Shown here piece after piece: positions 25,126-37,000 of a DNA stretch of 64,000 nucleotides. The notes beneath the pieces are model-generated. The model saw only the letters and a list, made by a program, of their open reading frames with translations. It did no database searches and was not told where the DNA came from. The translations under genes and the position numbers were made by a program. Source of the stretch: Selaginella moellendorffii (Eukaryota; Plantae; Lycopodiophyta); the NCBI RefSeq assembly GCF_000143415.4, contig NW_003314281.1:1158481-1222480 (forward strand), read 5' to 3'. Numbering within the stretch: the stretch's first letter is position 1; each line of letters starts with the position of its first letter.

Positions 25126-27045
25126 ATGGAGGTGTCGATTCTCATGTGCTTCATGATTGTGCTATGTAGCACCAGGAGCTTCCACTCGCAAGCCCAACAA
25201 CAGGTATGTTCTTCGTTAAGCGACTGCCCGAATGGATCTCTTTGTTTCCCGGAGCCCATGCTCAGCGGCAACCGTTCACTCCGCAATTCATCCTGCTACC
25301 TATCGAACAATCAATCCGAGCCATATCTCAGCGATTCTGAAGCTTGCAAGCCCATCTCCAGCGTCATTTTCAATGCCACCATCGGTCCAGACTGCCCGAA
25401 TTGCTGCGTCCCAGGCCTGGCTTACAGGTATTTCACCTGCTCTCCAAATTTACAAGGGACCAACAATGCCGTCCTCTATGTCACAAGCTTCAACCTCTCA
25501 AATCCGGGGTCTCTCAGGCCGTGCACGTCCTCGGAATGGAATAGGGAACCCATGGCAGCGCTGGCCACTGGATGGTATAGCCAAGACCGAAGCTTGTGCT
25601 CGAAAAACATCCAAGTTTTAGCTCCAAACGGACGGACTGCGGTGGCTAGAATGGTGGCTGAATGCTACTCCCCAGACGGGTGTCTCAGGGATCATTCGTT
25701 CACGGAGCCCTGTGCTCCAAACGCTGTGGCTGCGAACGAGCAAGTGTGGAGGCAGCTTGGGTATGATCCAGGCATTGGAATCTTGAGAAATATCACCTGG
25801 AATGTCATTGATATGAATCTTCCACAGTCCATTCGAAGCAAAAAGAATTATCTGGGAGTGATCTCTGGGGTAGCAAGCGCTGTGGCCGGGGTGGTGCTTA
25901 GCGTCGTAATCTTCGTAGCAACCAGGAAGTGGAGAAGATCTCGGAGGAGGCGCATGGAAAAGCAAGCGCTCATCGAAGGAATGAGGCTCGATGAGATACT
26001 TCCGCACCAGTTTAGCTATCACGACTTGAAGATGGCAACTAGAAACTTTGATCCCGAGCTCATGCTTGGAGCTGGAGGATTTGGATCCGTCTTCAAAGGA
26101 GAGCTTGCGGATGGGAGCCTCGTTGCTGTGAAGAAGATGGACGTAGAGATCCAAGGCTCGTCGAAAGGACACTCGCAGTTCAAGGCCGAGGTAATGTCCA
26201 TTGGCAGCATTCACCACTTCAACCTGGTAAAGCTCCGGGGATTTTGCATCCAGGGACCAGCTGCATTGCTTGTCTACGAGTTCATGCCCAATGGATCACT
26301 GGACAAGTGGATCTTCACCAAGAACGATGATGACAAAGGTGGCGGATCAGCAAATCTGCTGTTAAACTGGAACCAGAGACACTCAATCGCGATAGATGTT
26401 GCTCGAGGACTCACATACCTCCATGAAGGATGCCGGGAGCAAGTTCTTCACCTGGATATCAAACCTCAAAACATCCTCCTGGACGAGAACTTACGAGCCA
26501 GAATCTCCGACTTTGGCCTGAGCAAGCTCGCCGAGCGGGGAAAGAGCCAAGTGGTGACTGTCATGCGAGGAACTCCCGGATACATGGCACCCGAGTGGCT
26601 CCACACTAAAGTCACGGACAAGACCGACGTTTACAGCTTTGGAATCGTGCTGCTCGAGCTCGTCAGCTCCAAGCGGACCATCCAGTTCCATCCTCCATCC
26701 TCCTCTTCCTCCTCATCCTCCTCGCAACCGCGCTTCCTGGGCGAAACCGCGCTGAGCATGTTTCACAGTGGCAACGTCGTCGAGCTTATTGACGACAAGC
26801 TCCTGGACGATGATCTCGCCAGCACTAGCACTGGCTTGGAGCTCAAGGATGCCGAGAGGTACGTGAAAATCGGACTGTGGTGCATCCAACTCGAGGCAGC
26901 AATCCGCCCCTCCATGAGAAACGTCCTGGATATGCTTGAAGGTAACATAGACGTTCTTGACTTGCCACCACCTTCAAGTGATGGTAGCTCCAGAAGCTTC
27001 AGCTTGCGACTACCTGGATCCTACTTCAGCTCCACTCGTCTGTGA
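25126..27045 (+). CDS. Kiwellin-ectodomain receptor-like kinase (non-RD), 639 aa, intronless
   Basis: Signal peptide; CSSLSDCPNGSLC (kissper-like); FTCSP, ALATGWY, C.KNI.V.A.NG..A.A..V.EC.S..GC..DH....PC, VW..LG, ITW (kiwellin/ripening-related); TM then RKWRRSRRRR; [31 protein letters not shown] all intact. Confidence 0.92.
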   Translation: MEVSILMCFMIVLCSTRSFHSQAQQQVCSSLSDCPNGSLCFPEPMLSGNRSLRNSSCYLSNNQSEPYLSDSEACKPISSVIFNATIGPDCPNCCVPGLAYRYFTCSPNLQGTNNAVLYVTSFNLSNPGSLRPCTSSEWNREPMAALATGWYSQDRSLCSKNIQVLAPNGRTAVARMVAECYSPDGCLRDHSFTEPCAPNAVAANEQVWRQLGYDPGIGILRNITWNVIDMNLPQSIRSKKNYLGVISGVASAVAGVVLSVVIFVATRKWRRSRRRRMEKQALIEGMRLDEILPHQFSYHDLKMATRNFDPELMLGAGGFGSVFKGELADGSLVAVKKMDVEIQGSSKGHSQFKAEVMSIGSIHHFNLVKLRGFCIQGPAALLVYEFMPNGSLDKWIFTKNDDDKGGGSANLLLNWNQRHSIAIDVARGLTYLHEGCREQVLHLDIKPQNILLDENLRARISDFGLSKLAERGKSQVVTVMRGTPGYMAPEWLHTKVTDKTDVYSFGIVLLELVSSKRTIQFHPPSSSSSSSSSQPRFLGETALSMFHSGNVVELIDDKLLDDDLASTSTGLELKDAERYVKIGLWCIQLEAAIRPSMRNVLDMLEGNIDVLDLPPPSSDGSSRSFSLRLPGSYFSSTRL

Positions 27046-27244
27046 TGTTACCCTCTAGTTCTCACAGTGAGACCATGATCATCAAGACCAAGATAGAGTC
27101 TCGCAAGTGTTGACGTTATATTGACAGAGGGAAGTCACCTTCTTCCAAGTTTTTCTACTTCTAGCCAGCGGGAACGAGGAAGCATACCTGGAGACAATAT
27201 ACATTTCAAAGAATCAAGGGTCTTCGTCCGCACCACCATCAGCC

Positions 27245-28150
27245 TCATAAAATCTGAAGTTGGGTTCTACCTTCATTGCCCATGGCCAGCAATGACTTAC
27301 TAAAAACCTGTGATCCAAATCTCCTGCCTCAGTAAGAGAAATGAAAGTACGAAGTGCCGGGTTACCTTCTCAATGGGGATTTCATGTCGCTTGCACCAAG
27401 CGACTGTTCTTTGAGGATCCTTGTAGTTGATCTTTGACGTTCCCAGTGCCACGATATGAGATCTTCTTTGACGGACAGATCCAAGGTCATCTTGGCTATC
27501 CTTGCATCAGTTTGAGCCAACTTCTTTTCCAACCTAATAGTCAAAAGTAGAAACTACTTACAGTTCTGCGGTTGGAGGCCTTTTAGCCGTGGTGTGAACT
27601 GGATGTTTGCCCTTTTCAACTTTCCCCAAGTTCCTCACGCAGTGTCTGCCAATAGCAAAGCATCAGCCTCAAACAAACCATAAAGAAAAACGGACCTTTA
27701 ACTCTGCAATCTTTGCCTCCATTCTTTCCATCTGAGCACTATAGCCCTTGGATACTGTCCATTGATGATTACATGGAATCGTGACTTGTCAAAAAAGTGC
27801 TAACCAAACAGAATGTTCTCTTACCTCCTTATTTGCTTGGGAGTATTCTGCAGTTTTCTCGTTAAGAGTCACACCAAGCATCTCCGTCAACTGTAACAAG
27901 TAATTTTTCAGATCATTTTGGCCTTGACAAAGTAAAAGTCACCTGTGCTGTTCAGATGGGCATTAAGATTAGAAGTATCTAACTTATCAAAGAGGTCAAC
28001 CCCTTCCTTTTTCCTTGTGTAACAAACAACTCATCTCAATGAGGACAGCACAAGTCACAACATACCTTTCTTGAAATAGTGTATAGCATCATATACCTCT
28101 TACAGAGTTTTGATACCTGGTGGAATCTTTACCCAGAAAATCAAATTGTA
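27245..28150 (-). pseudogene. TOP1: DNA topoisomerase IB C-terminal fragment with introns
   Basis: Exon pieces FDFLGKDS, LFDKLDTSNLNAHL, CNHQWTVSK..AQM, LEKKLAQ...KEDL / [37 protein letters not shown]. It has frameshifts, lacks the TAKVFRTYNAS segment and is cut off at the 5' end by a gypsy remnant. Confidence 0.85.
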
Positions 28151-28169
28151 AACATGTGAACCATACATA

Positions 28170-30830
28170 GATCACAACAATGATGTTAAAGAAGTTCCCA
28201 AAGCTTGTCATAAATTCCTATGAGGAGGTGTGGCAAGTGGATATAATGGAACATGAGATTCCAATTAAGTAAGGAGCAAAGCCAGTGGCTCAAAAACTAT
28301 ACAAATTAGTGACCTCTAAAGTTTGATATTGTTTCTAAGTTAATGAAGTTAATCAAAGCTAACTTCATATCTGAAGTGGAGAATTCAAATTGGGTGTCAC
28401 CTGTTATAATAACACTAAAGAAGGGAGGGAAATGGAAAATATATATCAACTATAAAAAGTTGAATGATGCTACATGATGTGATCATCATCCCATTCCATT
28501 CATGGATGAGATCCTTGATAAAGTAGCATGGCATGAGTGATACACTGTTTCTAATGGATACTCTAGATATTTTCAAGTTTGCATTTGGGCTCACAAATGC
28601 ACCAACAACATTTCAACGACTCATGAACAAAATTTTTGAACTGTACCTGGGCAAGTTTATTAGTGTACCTTGACGACTCTTGCATATACAGAAACTGAGT
28701 AACTCATTTGGAAAAGGAATAAATAACATTTGAAAGGCTAGATGAATTAAAAAGTTGCTAAATCTGGAAAATGTCAAATTGCAAGCACAAAAGGTACATT
28801 AATTGGTCATATAGTCTCTAAAGAAAGAATTAAACCAAGCCAAAATAAGATACAAAAGTTGGTGGAAATGCCTATTAAAAAAGGTACAACAGTTTGTAAG
28901 ACTGGTGAGTTACTATCGATAGTTTGTTTAGGGATTTGCTGAAATAGCATTTCTCTTAAACAAACTTTTACCAAAAAAAGAAAGCTTTAGTTGGATAGTA
29001 GAGTGTCAAGACATTTAAAAACTTGAAGAAAGTGCTAAGTTCAACCTTGATTTTGGTGGCACTATGTTGGGATGAGACTTTCTATGTGAACATAAACATT
29101 AGCAAGTATTTTATCACAATGATTCTATTCCAAAAGGGGAGTAGAGGATATATGTTTCCCGTCTACTATATTGGCTGACAACTTCAAGGACATGAGCTAT
29201 GTTATCCACTTTTGGAGAAGCAAGCTGCAAATATCATATATATGGTAGAGAAATTTAAATGCTACTTGTGAGGAAGGCATTTTGTGTTCCTACAGATAAT
29301 ACTATATTAAGGTATATTGCAAATAAGCTAACACTTGTTGGGAAGTTTTCTAGATAGATGACAACTTTAGTAGAATATGACTTTAAGTTTTAATATGAGA
29401 AAAACACTCAAGTAGGATTGATTGGAGCTTTGGATTATAAAATACCTCTAGAGCAAAAAGAGATTAATCTATGCCAAGAAAAAGATCATGAAGTCTTAAC
29501 AATGAGTGTTGATATGGAAAAATATTGGGATATTTACAACTTTTTAGGAATATATAGTTTTCTAGAAGGTTATAAAGGCATTGAAAAGCAAAAAATTATA
29601 TTCAAGTCAAAACCATTCACACTAATCAAAGATCAACTTTATTGAATTGGATGAGATAGCATGCTTCGGAGAGAAGTTGAACAAAACGAATGAAAAGAGA
29701 TCATAAAGCAATGTCATGAAGGATATTATGGTGAACACTTCTCCCATAATTATACTATCAAGAAGATTGTGAATGTAGAATATTTCTGGCCAACATTATT
29801 CTAGGATGTGAAGGAATGGTGCAAGTTATATTACATTTGTTAGGCCTTTGAAAGAAGAATCCTTCAATCAGGAAGTCTCCATCCAAATTTGCCAACAAGA
29901 CTATTTGAGAAATGTGGGATAAATTTTAAAGCACCAGTTCTAATGGCATCAAATCAGAAAAGATTTATTTTGGTGGCAACAGACTACCTTACTAAGTGGG
30001 CTAAAGAAGTAATAACTAAAAGCAATACCAAGGAAGTTGTGGTAAACTTTCTTGTCCAAAATATATGCACAAGGTTTAGTTACTTGTTAGAGATTGTCAT
30101 TGACTAAGGCTCACACTTTTGCAAAGAGATGGTTAAAACACTAATAAAGAAGTTATTAATAAAATATTGATAGTCAACATCATGCTATCCACAAGCTAAT
30201 GGGTTGGTGAAGAGAACAAATGGTGTATTGGGCAACATTCTAAGAAAATTGAGTGCCAAAAAGAAAAAAGATTGGACAATCGCTATTGATAGCATTATGG
30301 GCTTATAAAACCACATATAAGGTAACAATAAACTTCATTCTTTTCTAGCTAGTTTATAGGATAGAAGCTATATTTCCAATTGAGTTGGAGATCCCAAGTT
30401 TATGATTAGCACTGAAGCATGGATTAAGTGACAATGAGGACTTGCAATTAACACTTATTTAACTTGAAGGGATGGATGAAAATCAACATCAAATTTTTCA
30501 ACATATAAAAGCAATTCAAGAAAGCACAGATTTAATAAGAAATTTACAAAGCTTTTCAGGTTTGCAATTTAGTTATGAAGTATGATAGCAAGATTGACAA
30601 AACATTCACAAAAAAGTTTCTTTTGCAATAGGATGGCCTATATTAAATTGTTGAGGTCAACAATAATGGATCATACTTGCTAGCAAATCTTGATGGAGAA
30701 TAACACAACACTTGACTAAATGGATATAGGTTAAAAATGTTCTATGTTCATCTAAAAGATAATATTACCATTGGGTTGCAAACAACCCATATAGCTTATA
30801 ACTATATAGCTTGTTTGGGTGGGATTATGT
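28170..30830 (+). mobile_element. Heavily decayed Ty3/gypsy pol (RT-RNaseH-integrase)
   Basis: Remnants WVSPVII..KK..KW...INYKKLN, GL.NAP.TFQR.M, ILVATDYLTKW, YPQANGLV.R.N, many stops; purine tract near 30817-30825. Confidence 0.85.
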
Positions 30831-33674
30831 GATGGGAAAAATTTTCAACTAAAAATGCCATACTCATATATGTATATATAAAACCATCCTTTTATACCCC
30901 TACCCTTACCACTTTACTATTCTACCACCACCTTTTCTTTATGACTTAATATTTGAAGTCAAAGTAAAAAATAAGTCAAACCAAATCCTTTTAGGACTAT
31001 TCTTTCCTTTTTATATTTTATATTTATTCTATTACTCATCCACCTTACTCTATCACAAACCTTATTTTCCACCACCTTTATAAAATGATTTGCATATATA
31101 ACTCCTACATTTAAGTATATCCTCTAATATTGCAAAGAGTTCTGCCACCATTTTAAAATATTTTCTTATGTAACCTATACATTAAAAATGGTCATCTAAA
31201 TCTACCACCTTTAATACATTAATATTTTATGATATCAACAACAAAATATAAAATATAGTCCAAGGACTATATAAAGAAGAGCCCCTCACGACACCAAAGC
31301 ATTAGAACATGGAATGTGGAGTGATTCTAACCTAAGTTTTCTCTTCTAGTTTTATAATATTCTTTTTTTGAGTCATACTTAAAAAATATAAAAATTAAGA
31401 CTTAGTAGAAATCCCTCTCCTCTCTCTTTCTCTCAAGGCACAAAGCATATAGAGATGATGTGTTACTAGCCACTAATTTCAGACATGACAATCAGATGAA
31501 ATAGAATACAAGTGCAATGAATCTTCAGAGTATAATAGTATAAGGTTGTCAGATCCTGTCAAGTCATCATCCTGTTTCACATCCTCCTCTATTTCTTCAT
31601 TCCCTTCGGTAGTTTCAATATGGCTACTTGAGTTGTTAGTCTCAATAATAGCTATTACAACAGACTGTTTAGAGGCTTTCCTTGAAGGAGCTCAAGATAC
31701 TAATTTTACTGACAATCCTAATGGATCAAGAATATTTATAGAAGTTGAAGAATCAATAGGATCTTTATTAACTCTTTTACCAAAAGATTTACTCTTGATC
31801 ACGTCACCGTCTTAAAAAGCATCTAATGGAGTATGAAATATAGATTATGGAGGAGATCATATAGAGTCTTGCTATAGAGAAATTGTAACATATGTGATCA
31901 TGGGATTAGATTTGGATATATTATTACTATGAATCTTTGGAATTTTAGGTGATAAATAGGGATAAAATAGCCATTAAAGGCTCTCTCATCAAGTAATTGC
32001 TCATTTTATAGTTAGTTTAACATAACATACTATATGGTATCAGAGTAAATGGTATGGGTTTAATCACTATTATATTTATTTGGCATTACTATATTAGTGT
32101 AAAATGTTCTGTTTAGAGTCACTATACTCATCCTTACTCCATAATTTATATTATTTATCCTCACTTCACTATCATATTTATACATTTTCACTCCACCATT
32201 ACTTATGTATATCCTCTTTACCTACTCTAAAGACAAAAAAAAAAAAGTTTAAAGCATTGGGGCAAAAAGGAGAAATCATGAAAAATTGAGAAAGAAACAT
32301 TATGGAAAAAGAGAAAGTGGATAAAAACGCATCGAAAGAGGAATTTTCAATAAATGTCAAGCTAGAAATGGGAAAATAAAAAAATACTTAAATCAATAAG
32401 AAAAAACCTTTTTATAAGCTCCAAAATTTAGGCTTCAAACCAAAGAACACTTAATCCCATTAACCGATTAAAAAAAGGGGAAGGGTTGCATTTTTATTTA
32501 TGGGCTCTTTCCTTTTATATTTGAACCTTTTATAAATCATCTTTTGAGCATTTGTTTTGGTTACTAAGCCTTTAAAAGAAATGTACTTTTATTCATGGGC
32601 CTTTTTTCTTTATATTTAAACTTTTTATGGATCATTGTTTTGTTATTCTCTTTGGTTACTTACACTTCTATTATAAAAGACTATTTAAGTAGAAAAGTTG
32701 GATAATAAAGGATATTTTGTTATAAAATATGTTGGCCAAAACAAAAAAGCAAAAAGACTCAACCACATCAATTTAAAACTCAACACTTGAGACAAGAAAT
32801 TAAAGGAAAATTCCACACTTTTAAAGGAACAAAAGAAATTTTTAACAATAATAGTAAAATAAAGATTATTAGTGACATATACAATCTTTGGGGAAACTTA
32901 CTTAACTCAAAACTTTGACAAAAGTGACTTAACCCTTGAAACAATAGAATACTCAAAATTCATCTAATCAACTTGTCAAGAGAAGAAAATATTGTAGATA
33001 AAGAAAAAACAAAAAGAATATGAAAAGGTTGCTCAATTTAAGAAATAAAAATGGTTGAGAAGGCAAAAAGAAAATACTCAATAACAAATTGAAAGATTGA
33101 TACTTGATAAAGTTTTTAACTCATCTCTAGCTATCTTTATAATAATCAAGCCATTCATCACAATTCAAAATCCATTCAAGTTTATATATTTTTTTTTCCT
33201 ATTGTGAGGGCCAAGTGTATGGCTATGATGCCATATGCTAATATTAGCGTAGTGAGATTTTGGTAGTTGTTGGATTAGTTTCAGTCCAAACCACTTGCTC
33301 CTGTATATAAATTAGGGTCTACATCTAACATTTTCCATTTCCTTTTTTTTGTTCTTTCCTTTTAGGATTTTAGTTTTGATCTAGCTTTACATTGTCTAGA
33401 TCTCCCTTTCCTTCTAGCTTTTAGTCATTTCTCTATTTTTGCTCTTTGTGAGACATAAAATCCCTAGGCCCCAAAGTAGAGCCGAAAGGGTGCCACGTGG
33501 TAATGGCCGAAGCAAAAGCCAAACGAGCATAACACGTTTAGACTAAAAGCTTCGGCTTGAAGGGTTGAGAGCGGGAGTGGAACTCTCAATGATGTGCTCG
33601 AGGAACAACCATGAAGCAAGCAATAAATGAGTCTTTAAAAAAAGGACACAAGAGGACCAACACATGACATGTGG

Positions 33675-34050
33675 AGGAGTCCGAGATGGAGTCTAAGATG
33701 GACCCGAGATGGAGTCCAAGATGGAGTCCGAAATGGACCCGAGATGGACCCAAGATGGAGTTCGAGATGGACCCGAGATAGAGTCCGAGATGGACCCGAG
33801 ATAGAGTCCGAGATGGAGTCTGAGATGGAGTTCGAGAAGGACCCGAGATGGAGTCTGAAGTCAAGATCAAGATCGGGACCGGGACCGGGACCAAGACCAA
33901 GACCAAGACCGAGACTGAGACCGGGACTAAGACCGAGACCGAGACCGAAGCCGAGGCCGAGACTAAGCCCAAGCCCAAGCCCGAGTCCAAGTCCGAGTTC
34001 GAGTCCGAGTCCGAGTCTGAGTCCAAGTCTGAGTTCGAGTTTGAGTTTGA
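33675..34050 (+). repeat. LTR-internal minisatellite (GAGATGGAGTCC/GAGATGGACCC) grading into CCGAGA/CCGAGT hexamers
   Basis: Directly visible tandem units. Confidence 0.9.
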
Positions 34051-37000
34051 GGGGGTGAAAGTCCAAAGCATTCGTCTCCCAGACCCTGGGGGGTTTGGTG
34101 AGCTCCAAAAGTATAGTAGGGGGAAGACTCCAGTGGAGCTAGTTTGGCCAGGAAAGGCCAGTTTGGCCCAGGAAGGCTGTACCCAGGCGTTGGGTGATGG
34201 GATAACCACTAGGAAGTCCAAGGCTAGAGTGAATATGGACCGACAAGCAAGGTAGCTTGGTGAAGTATTCAAGAGCCGGCTCTAGTTCCCCTGGGAGATC
34301 GACTGGTCGATGCTCCCAGTCCAAGTGTGGGTGGCACTACTTACTTGGATACTTGGCATGGCTCAATGGAACCTTGCTCTAAGCCCATGGCTAGAGCACC
34401 CAAAGGCAGAAGGTAGGGAGAGTACCCACGAGGCTCATGTTCCTAGATTATGAAAAGTCCAAGTGTGGGTGGCACTACTTACTTGGATACCTGGCATGGC
34501 TCAACGGAACCTTGCTCTAAGCCCATGGCTAGAGCACCCAAAGGCGGAAGGTAGGGAGAGTACCCATGAGGCTCGTGTTCCTAGATTATGAAAAGGAAGA
34601 GGAGCAATCCTCTGGTGTAGAGACCAAGGATACAGTCATGGGAGGAGGAAGTCCCAGAGGCTAAGCTCTTGAGTTTGGACTTCCCGGGAGGTCACCCAGC
34701 CTAGTACTATTCAAACCCAAGGACACTTAACCCTAAGTATCCCAAGACCCTTAACCGATTGGAAAAGGGGGTGCACTCTTGTTCATGGGCCCTTTCCCTC
34801 TATATTTGAACCCCATGGACCGTCTCTTAAGTTGTTCTCTTTGGTTGCTTACAAGAGGATTGTGGGACTTAGTGGTCGGGCCTGCGGGCCTTGATCCAGT
34901 GGTAGTGATAGCGAATACGGCCATGGATAAAAAGGGTCTTGGTGAGGACCGGAAAAGGGATATTAGGGACATTTATCCAACTTTTCTACTTAAATATTCC
35001 CCATGCCTACAAGCATCCTAAATATCCTAAGTAGTGGATCCGGGATGATCACTTATGGATGGATGGCTCAGTCTTTGAGAAACTGGACTATGATGCAGGT
35101 GGTGTTAGACCGCCAGTGTGACCAAAGTAAAGGGGTATGGACTTAACGTAACAGGTTAATATATCAGTGGTACCTTGGGGTGTCGGTCTTGGGATTGGAC
35201 ACATGGAGCACTTGGACCAAGTGCAAAGGATGAGTGGCATGGATGCCATTCTTGGGCTAGCACGCTCAAGTTCGGAATAGGACTTATGGAGGTTGTGAGT
35301 GAGACTCCTCAAAGTGGTCGAAGGTGTGGTTAAATGACTAAAGTAGAATGAAAAAATTAGTCGTTTACAATTTGGTATCGGAGCTGTTCCTTAGTCCAAC
35401 TTTTATTAGTGCTTAAGTATATCACCACTCGTGTTAGCATCAAAAGGTCCTAGAAGTGGGCCTATCTATGAGGAGTAGCAAGTCGGGAAGACATGGCTCT
35501 CCACTATAGTTTATGTGTGAACTGGTAGGTGGGGTGGTGGATAGAAAGGGGCCAATAATGGAACGACTTCGGGATCTTAGGAACAATATAATGTTTTCCT
35601 CAAAGAGTTGAGGATGTGATCTAGATGAACATTTGACTTAGCAAACTGGTTAATGTAGTTGTAGTAAACAACTATAGTTGGGATCACGGGAAAAATAAAG
35701 ACTCCAAAACCATAAAGGAGTCACAAGATTATCTTCATATAGTTGAGGTTGGTGCTCATGAATTTGAGACTAGAATTAATGACTGTAAAAGGTTAAATAC
35801 GGAAGGGGACACAAGTCCTTGAAATGGTAGTCGAGGCTACCCTTGATAAATGCTAGAACAACCCAAGGAGTTGGGGGTGTACTTAGAGGATGAGTTGGTA
35901 TTCTCATCACATAGACAAGTAGTCCAAAGGAGCAAAAGTTGCCCTAGGGAATAACATCAAGTGTTGAAGTGACATTTGCAAAGATGGTCCTTGTGAGTAG
36001 GACATGAATACAAGAAGTTGTATTCCAGCGAGCTAACACCTCAAATATTTTAAAGTCCAAAAATGCTAAATGACTCAAGTAGAGTCAAGAAATGGTTCTA
36101 AGGGATTGCTAAAAGCATTTGGATTGAGGTGTGTTGTGCCTCATAAAGGTTGGGGAGGATCATAGGATCCAAGTATGAGAACAGTGAGTATCTCATCGAT
36201 GGTGGAATGTGCCATACTAAAGTTGTGGGGAAAGTGTTCCCAGAAGAAAATAACTTTGACACAAAGTTGTGAGTAAATTCTATGGTGCAATGCTAATGGA
36301 TAGTTAGCATGAGAAAGAACTGTATTAGTCTTGGCAAGGACCTAGACACAAGTAAAAAGTGTCATAAAGGTAGGCTCGTGGAGCTGATGGTGTGGAGACA
36401 CCGAATGTGCCAATGCGTGATGCCTTAAGGTGAGTTGGCGGGTTCATGAGAACCCTTTCCCAAAGGAATACTAATGGAAATGGGAATGGCATAGCCTAAG
36501 CTGGAATGTAGGTGGTTGCAATGTGGTGATCCAGATAATGATGGAGGTGTGGAAGTATTAACAATGAGTTGTAAGACTTGACAACTATAAAGAAACTAAA
36601 CAAAAAATGCAAAATAATTGGTTAAACTGGTAAAAGGTAGCTACCCAAGACTTCTTAATGGCATAAGAAAGTTAAATATACCTTTATGGGGGATAAAATG
36701 CTTATGTTGCAATATAGTAAGTCAGTGTCATAAAAGAAAATGCTCATTATCAAAGAGGCCATCATTGGGACACCTAAACACTCTAGAACACTAGAAGGTG
36801 TTGTTTGATGTTGCAAGGGCAATAGATAAGGCCCAAAGGACTAAGTCTTTAGTGAATGATGGATAAAAGGTGCTATCTAAACGTCTAAGGTTACGAAGAC
36901 GGGAGAAGTCCTTCTACTCGAATTAGACAAAGCCAAAAATGAAATTTTGGCAAGGCTAGTGATGGGCATATAAAGGCCCATATGTAGCAACATTAATCCT

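Noticed and set aside
33675-34050. Possible CRISPR-like array
   Set aside because: Units are contiguous with no unique spacers, and they sit in a eukaryotic LTR.
33586-34272. Long low-complexity ORFs (LGLGLG, PSRTPS, ESESES), also at 38494-39551
   Set aside because: They are translations of stop-poor LTR minisatellites in several frames, not genes.
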